Positions 60,459-64,000 of a stretch of DNA of 64,000 bases are shown piece by piece. The stretch comes from an uncultured Bacteroidota bacterium. Its GTDB lineage: Bacteria; Bacteroidota; Bacteroidia; Bacteroidales; UBA12481. The translations under genes and the position numbers were made by a program. The stretch lies in contig CAINOB010000020.1 in NCBI GenBank assembly GCA_903851365.1, positions 106,986-170,985 on the forward strand. Direction: 5' to 3'. Under the pieces are notes generated by a model that searched no databases, was not told where the DNA came from, and saw only the letters and a list, made by a program, of their open reading frames with translations. Each line of letters opens with the position of its first letter. The stretch's first letter is position 1.

Positions 60459-60466
60459 TACATTTG
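60459..60466 (+). promoter_or_regulatory. TACATTTG (-7 box) 18 nt upstream of ATG 60484
   Basis: Exact TAnnTTTG match. Confidence 0.4.
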
Positions 60467-60483
60467 AGCAAAAGCACTTAATT

Positions 60484-61158
60484 ATGAAGGACAGGTCAAA
60501 ACAGATTTTCAGTATAATTATAACATTGGTATTGATATTCACTGGCATCTATATCATATCCCTTTTTGGCAATCCTGATGGTGAATATCACAGGAGTTCC
60601 ATATTCGGAGCTTTAGTTGGCCTGATTCTTATCCGCTTTTATCAGAATTACTTTATTGGAAACTGGGTTTACAATGCCCGATTGCTTTTAAATGCAGTGG
60701 CAATCGGCCTTGGATACCTGCTTTGGACCATTCTTGAATTGATAACTAAAGGATTGGATTCCAGTTCTTTAAAAACTCTTTTAATGGAGTCCTTAATGGG
60801 ATTCGCATTCGGACTGTTCATTGGTCTGTACCAGTTTTTCACAAACCTTTATCGAAAAAAGAAAACTCCCTTTGGAGGAAACGAGGAACTCATGGTCAAT
60901 AGCAGCGCATACATAATATATTCAAGTGGAACAGTTTCTGGAAAAGGAAGAGCGATCCTGTTGCGAGACCAGTTAATATTCCTGACCCCAGGTTCTCCTG
61001 AACAGTCGTTGCTTTTAAAAGACATCAGGAATATTGAGGTTGGCAGGACTCTTGGATTCCCGAATAAGCTGATCCTCTTTTTAGATGGAGCTGAATCGAT
61101 GGCACTTTCCGTTTCGATGCCCCAATACTGGAAAAACAAAATTGAGAAATTGTCATAA
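60484..61158 (+). CDS. Membrane protein (about 4 TM) with a C-terminal GRAM/bacterial-PH-like domain, paralog 1
   Basis: Hydrophobic N-half. C-half GKGRAILLRDQLIFL...IEVGR...LILFLDG...SVSMPQYWKNKIEKL. ATG 60484 is preferred over TTG 60436. Confidence 0.55.
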   Translation: MKDRSKQIFSIIITLVLIFTGIYIISLFGNPDGEYHRSSIFGALVGLILIRFYQNYFIGNWVYNARLLLNAVAIGLGYLLWTILELITKGLDSSSLKTLLMESLMGFAFGLFIGLYQFFTNLYRKKKTPFGGNEELMVNSSAYIIYSSGTVSGKGRAILLRDQLIFLTPGSPEQSLLLKDIRNIEVGRTLGFPNKLILFLDGAESMALSVSMPQYWKNKIEKLS

Positions 61159-61177
61159 TCCATTTAATATTAGAAGA

Positions 61178-61855
61178 ATGCTAGTTAAACCACAGCGGGT
61201 ACCCAGATCAATACTTTTTAATTTTATTGTTGTTATTATCCTCATCCTGGTTGGCCGATACACTAGTTTAAAATTGGATGAAGTCGTGAATATTTTAGCT
61301 GGAATGCTGATCGGCGGAATATTCAATACGATTTTTGAGGGCATCATGGTCTACATTTGGGCATCCAAACTTCGATACTTTATGAAAGGATTTGAAGGTG
61401 GTTTTCTCTTCTTATTTATTAGCCTGTCTTTTCTAATTATCGGCACAAGAGTAGTAAGTGCTGACAAGACGCTTCTTATGACTGCTTATGGTGCCTGTCT
61501 GGGACTTATCTGGGGTCTTTTGGATTACCTGATCACTGACAATCGTGAAAAGAAACATCCTTATACCGGTAGTGAAAAGCCGATCTTAAAGTATAAGGCA
61601 AACCTCTACTTTTTCGGGCAGCTACATGGCCGGGGGATCATATTGCTGCTTTCGGACCGGCTGTTGTTTATCGGGGATAATTCGGAGAACCGGGAAATAA
61701 GGCTTAATGAAATCGTAAGCATGGATGTTCATAGTTCGATCCTGTTTCCATTCAAGCTGGATGTATTTTTAGAGGATACCGTCATTTCGATTAATGTCGC
61801 CATGCCTTATCTTTGGAAGAAGAAAATTGAAAAAATAGTTGGCAGTAGGCAGTAG
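61178..61855 (+). CDS. Membrane protein (about 4 TM) with a C-terminal GRAM/bacterial-PH-like domain, paralog 2
   Basis: Same architecture as 60484-61158. GRGIILLLSDRLLFI...MDVHS...LDVFLED...NVAMPYLWKKKIEKI. ATG 61178 avoids an overlap with paralog 1. Confidence 0.55.
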   Translation: MLVKPQRVPRSILFNFIVVIILILVGRYTSLKLDEVVNILAGMLIGGIFNTIFEGIMVYIWASKLRYFMKGFEGGFLFLFISLSFLIIGTRVVSADKTLLMTAYGACLGLIWGLLDYLITDNREKKHPYTGSEKPILKYKANLYFFGQLHGRGIILLLSDRLLFIGDNSENREIRLNEIVSMDVHSSILFPFKLDVFLEDTVISINVAMPYLWKKKIEKIVGSRQ

Positions 61856-61857
61856 CA

Positions 61858-61885
61858 AATCCGATACCTGATACCCGACACCCAA
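61858..61885. repeat. Degenerate heptanucleotide repeat (aatccga tacctga tacccga cacccaa), the reverse complement of the TCGGGTA family, in the spacer before the GH38-like gene
   Basis: Read directly. It begins 3 nt after the TAG stop at 61853-61855. The preceding 14 nt are ggcagta ggcagta. Confidence 0.8.
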
Positions 61886-61889
61886 AAAC

Positions 61890-64000
61890 ATGAAACACTT
61901 AATCTCAATTACGTTAGCCCTGATTTTCTCCGTTATATCAGGCAATATTTTTTGCCAGGAAAGGAAACCCAATCCAAAACTTGAGCAGATCATTTTTGTT
62001 TTTAAAACTCATTTCGATATTGGATATACTGACCTGGCTGAGCGCATTGTGCAAAAATACGGCACCTCGATGATCAATGAAACGCTCAAAACCCTGGACG
62101 AATCAAAGTCAATGCCTGCTAATGAGCAGTTCCGCTGGACCATTCCCGGCTGGCCAATGAAAGAGATATTAAAAAATCGATCGGGTGACTCAAAAAAAGT
62201 GATCGATGACGCCATCCGTGACGGCCGGTTTGTGGTTCATGCTCTCCCTTTCACCTTTGAAACTGAGGCTGGCACACCGGAAGCACTTACCCGCAGCATG
62301 CAGTTTTCCTCCCAAATTGCCCGCGATCATGGGTTGGAACTTCCTCGTGATGCAAAGCTGACCGATGTTCCGAGTCATTCCTGGTTCTTACCCACATTGC
62401 TTAAAAATGCCGGGGTGGATTTTCTGCAGATAGGATGCAACTCGGCCTCCAGCTCACCGGATATACCGGTGCTCTTCTGGTGGGAAGGTCCTGATAAATC
62501 AAGGCTGATGACCCTATACTGGGAAGCCTATTACGGTACCGATATCATTCCAGCCGATAACTGGCCTTTCAAAACATGGATCGCTATTATCCATACCAAC
62601 GACAATGTTGGCGCCCCGCCGATCGATGAGGTGATGAAAACGCTGGAGACGGCAAGGAAGCTGGCCCCAAACGCAAAATTAACCATTGGCAGGATGTCGG
62701 ATTTTTATGATGCCATCATGAAAGAAAATCCCGAATTACCAGTTATCAAAGGCGATATGCCCGATACCTGGATCCATGGGTATATGTCGATGCCACAGGA
62801 AGTAAAAGCTGCGGGAAAAGTAAAGGCTGACGCCGTTGGTCTTGAAATCCTGAGTACGGAACTCGAACAATGGGGAGGAACACCCAATGACGTAACCGGT
62901 AAGCTTAAAGATATCTATGAGCAATGCCTTTTATTCGACGAACATACATTTGGCCTGGCTATGTCGCACGGATCATCAGGATACTGGTGCTACGGTGATG
63001 AATTTAAAAGGCTGAGATCAGCGGGTACATTTGATAAAATAGAGCTGTCGTGGAAAGAGAAAGGGAGGCATGTATTGGAGGCAGAAATCCTTGACCAGGG
63101 AACTTATTCAAGAAAAATGGAAGAACTGACAACCAACGTCAGTGTTGAAGGTACCCATGTGGTGGTTTATAATCCTCTGCCATGGAAAAGGAGTGGATGG
63201 ATCACTATGAACCAGCACTCTGGTTGGTTTACCGCAAAAGCTTTTAAGGACCTTGAAACAGGAAAGATTATTCCGATCAGCAATGAGGGTAACGTAATAA
63301 CTTTCCTTGCTGAAGATGTGCCATCGCTGGGCTATAAAACTTTTGTCGCAGCAAAACAGCCTGAAGAGGAAAATGCAAAAGAAGACATCACCTTAACTGA
63401 GAATCAAGATCTGAGACTTGAGAATGGTTTCATCAGGTTGGTGATCGATAAGAAAACAGGCAATCTTAGCTCACTCATCAATAAAAAGACGGGACGTGAT
63501 TACGTGAAAACCGGAACTGGTTATGGCATGGGAGAATATCTTTATGAACGATTCGGTAAAGAAAATACCGACAAGTACGCCAAAGATTATATCAAAGGCG
63601 GCTGGGACTGGGCTCCGGCCGAGCTAGGCCGAATTAATCTCAGCGATGATCCCTATCGTTCTGCATCAGGTTCAATGCCTAAAATCAAGATTGAAAAACA
63701 AGGTAAATCGATATCAGTCTGGTTGTTATATTCGAGGAACGATAAAATGCCGCATGATTACAGTATCAGGTACAGGCTTGTTGCCGGACAACCCAATTTG
63801 GAGGTTAATTGGGCCATCGACGGAAAACCTGCTGATCCATGGCCGGAAGGTGGCTGGCTTTGTTTTCCTCTAAATATTGAAAACCCCAGATTCAGACTTG
63901 GTCGCACGGGCGGAATTTCCGATCCGGCAACCGATTTCGTTAAGGGATCAAATTTTGATTATTGCTTCGTGCAGGAGGGATTGGCCATTCTGGATAAAAA
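61890..64000 (+). CDS. Secreted GH38-like glycoside hydrolase (alpha-mannosidase family), 3' end outside the window
   Basis: I translated this by hand. ATG 61890 opens a frame with no stop up to nt 64000 (about 703 codons). Signal peptide MKHLISITLALIFSVISGNIFCQ. FVFKTHFDIGYTD resembles the GH38 N-domain metal motif. It is absent from the ORF track because it has no stop in the window. Confidence 0.55.
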   Translation, partial: MKHLISITLALIFSVISGNIFCQERKPNPKLEQIIFVFKTHFDIGYTDLAERIVQKYGTSMINETLKTLDESKSMPANEQFRWTIPGWPMKEILKNRSGDSKKVIDDAIRDGRFVVHALPFTFETEAGTPEALTRSMQFSSQIARDHGLELPRDAKLTDVPSHSWFLPTLLKNAGVDFLQIGCNSASSSPDIPVLFWWEGPDKSRLMTLYWEAYYGTDIIPADNWPFKTWIAIIHTNDNVGAPPIDEVMKTLETARKLAPNAKLTIGRMSDFYDAIMKENPELPVIKGDMPDTWIHGYMSMPQEVKAAGKVKADAVGLEILSTELEQWGGTPNDVTGKLKDIYEQCLLFDEHTFGLAMSHGSSGYWCYGDEFKRLRSAGTFDKIELSWKEKGRHVLEAEILDQGTYSRKMEELTTNVSVEGTHVVVYNPLPWKRSGWITMNQHSGWFTAKAFKDLETGKIIPISNEGNVITFLAEDVPSLGYKTFVAAKQPEEENAKEDITLTENQDLRLENGFIRLVIDKKTGNLSSLINKKTGRDYVKTGTGYGMGEYLYERFGKENTDKYAKDYIKGGWDWAPAELGRINLSDDPYRSASGSMPKIKIEKQGKSISVWLLYSRNDKMPHDYSIRYRLVAGQPNLEVNWAIDGKPADPWPEGGWLCFPLNIENPRFRLGRTGGISDPATDFVKGSNFDYCFVQEGLAILDK

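Noticed and set aside
60436-61177. The extended starts given in the ORF track: TTG 60436 for paralog 1, 61085 for paralog 2, TTG 36351 for TerC, TTG 36312 for the regulator, and 10264 for uxaC.
   Set aside because: The extensions add non-hydrophobic, non-conserved leader peptides. They overlap upstream genes or -7 boxes, or use rare start codons. Internal ATGs give N-termini that match the expected signal, TM or family start.
1-64000. Mobile genetic elements, prophage, integrative elements, and tRNA/rRNA genes.
   Set aside because: No transposase, integrase, recombinase, phage structural or conjugation motifs were recognised in any long ORF. No long terminal inverted or direct repeats were noticed. 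No non-coding gap exceeds about 200 nt, and none shows tRNA-like cloverleaf features.

Overview
The window looks like a Bacteroidota chromosomal segment. Evidence: a SusC/SusD pair, a T9SS C-terminal sorting domain, many lipoprotein glycan enzymes, and TAnnTTTG -7 promoter boxes 18-55 nt upstream of several start codons. I support about 47 protein-coding genes. I saw no rRNA, tRNA, CRISPR array, transposase or integrase.

There are three blocks:
- (i) 3.3-13.0 kb, plus strand. A tightly coupled 8-gene sugar-acid operon: UxuB-like SDR, PFK-family kinase, HAD, LarA-like protein, PdxB-like dehydrogenase, gnd, uxaC, uxaE. It has the upper hexuronate pathway but lacks uxuA/kdgK/kdgA. This suggests an undescribed route from hexuronates to 6-phosphogluconate.
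- (ii) 13.0-36.3 kb, minus strand. A polysaccharide utilisation locus whose enzyme set points to beta-1,2-glucan: two GH144-like proteins, a cytoplasmic GH35-like protein and a GH94-like phosphorylase. It also has susC/susD, a LamG surface lipoprotein, a GPH transporter with a large loop insertion, a split discoidin/(alpha/alpha)6 gene and a membrane-bound Y_Y_Y/LuxR-type regulator.
- (iii) 36-64 kb. Mixed housekeeping and accessory genes: TerC, MntP, an SDR/PfkB/MtlD-like trio, esterases, a GH27-GH43 fusion, an RRM protein, a patatin cluster, a Tat-signal class V aminotransferase, tandem membrane paralogs, and an open-ended GH38-like ORF that is absent from the ORF track.

The main non-genic signal is heptanucleotide tandem repeats. 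(TCGGGTA)n occurs directly after the uxaE stop, in frame inside the GH94-like gene, and inverted before the GH38-like gene. (AGACAAA)n occurs in another spacer.

All family assignments rest on motif recognition by eye. No database search was run.
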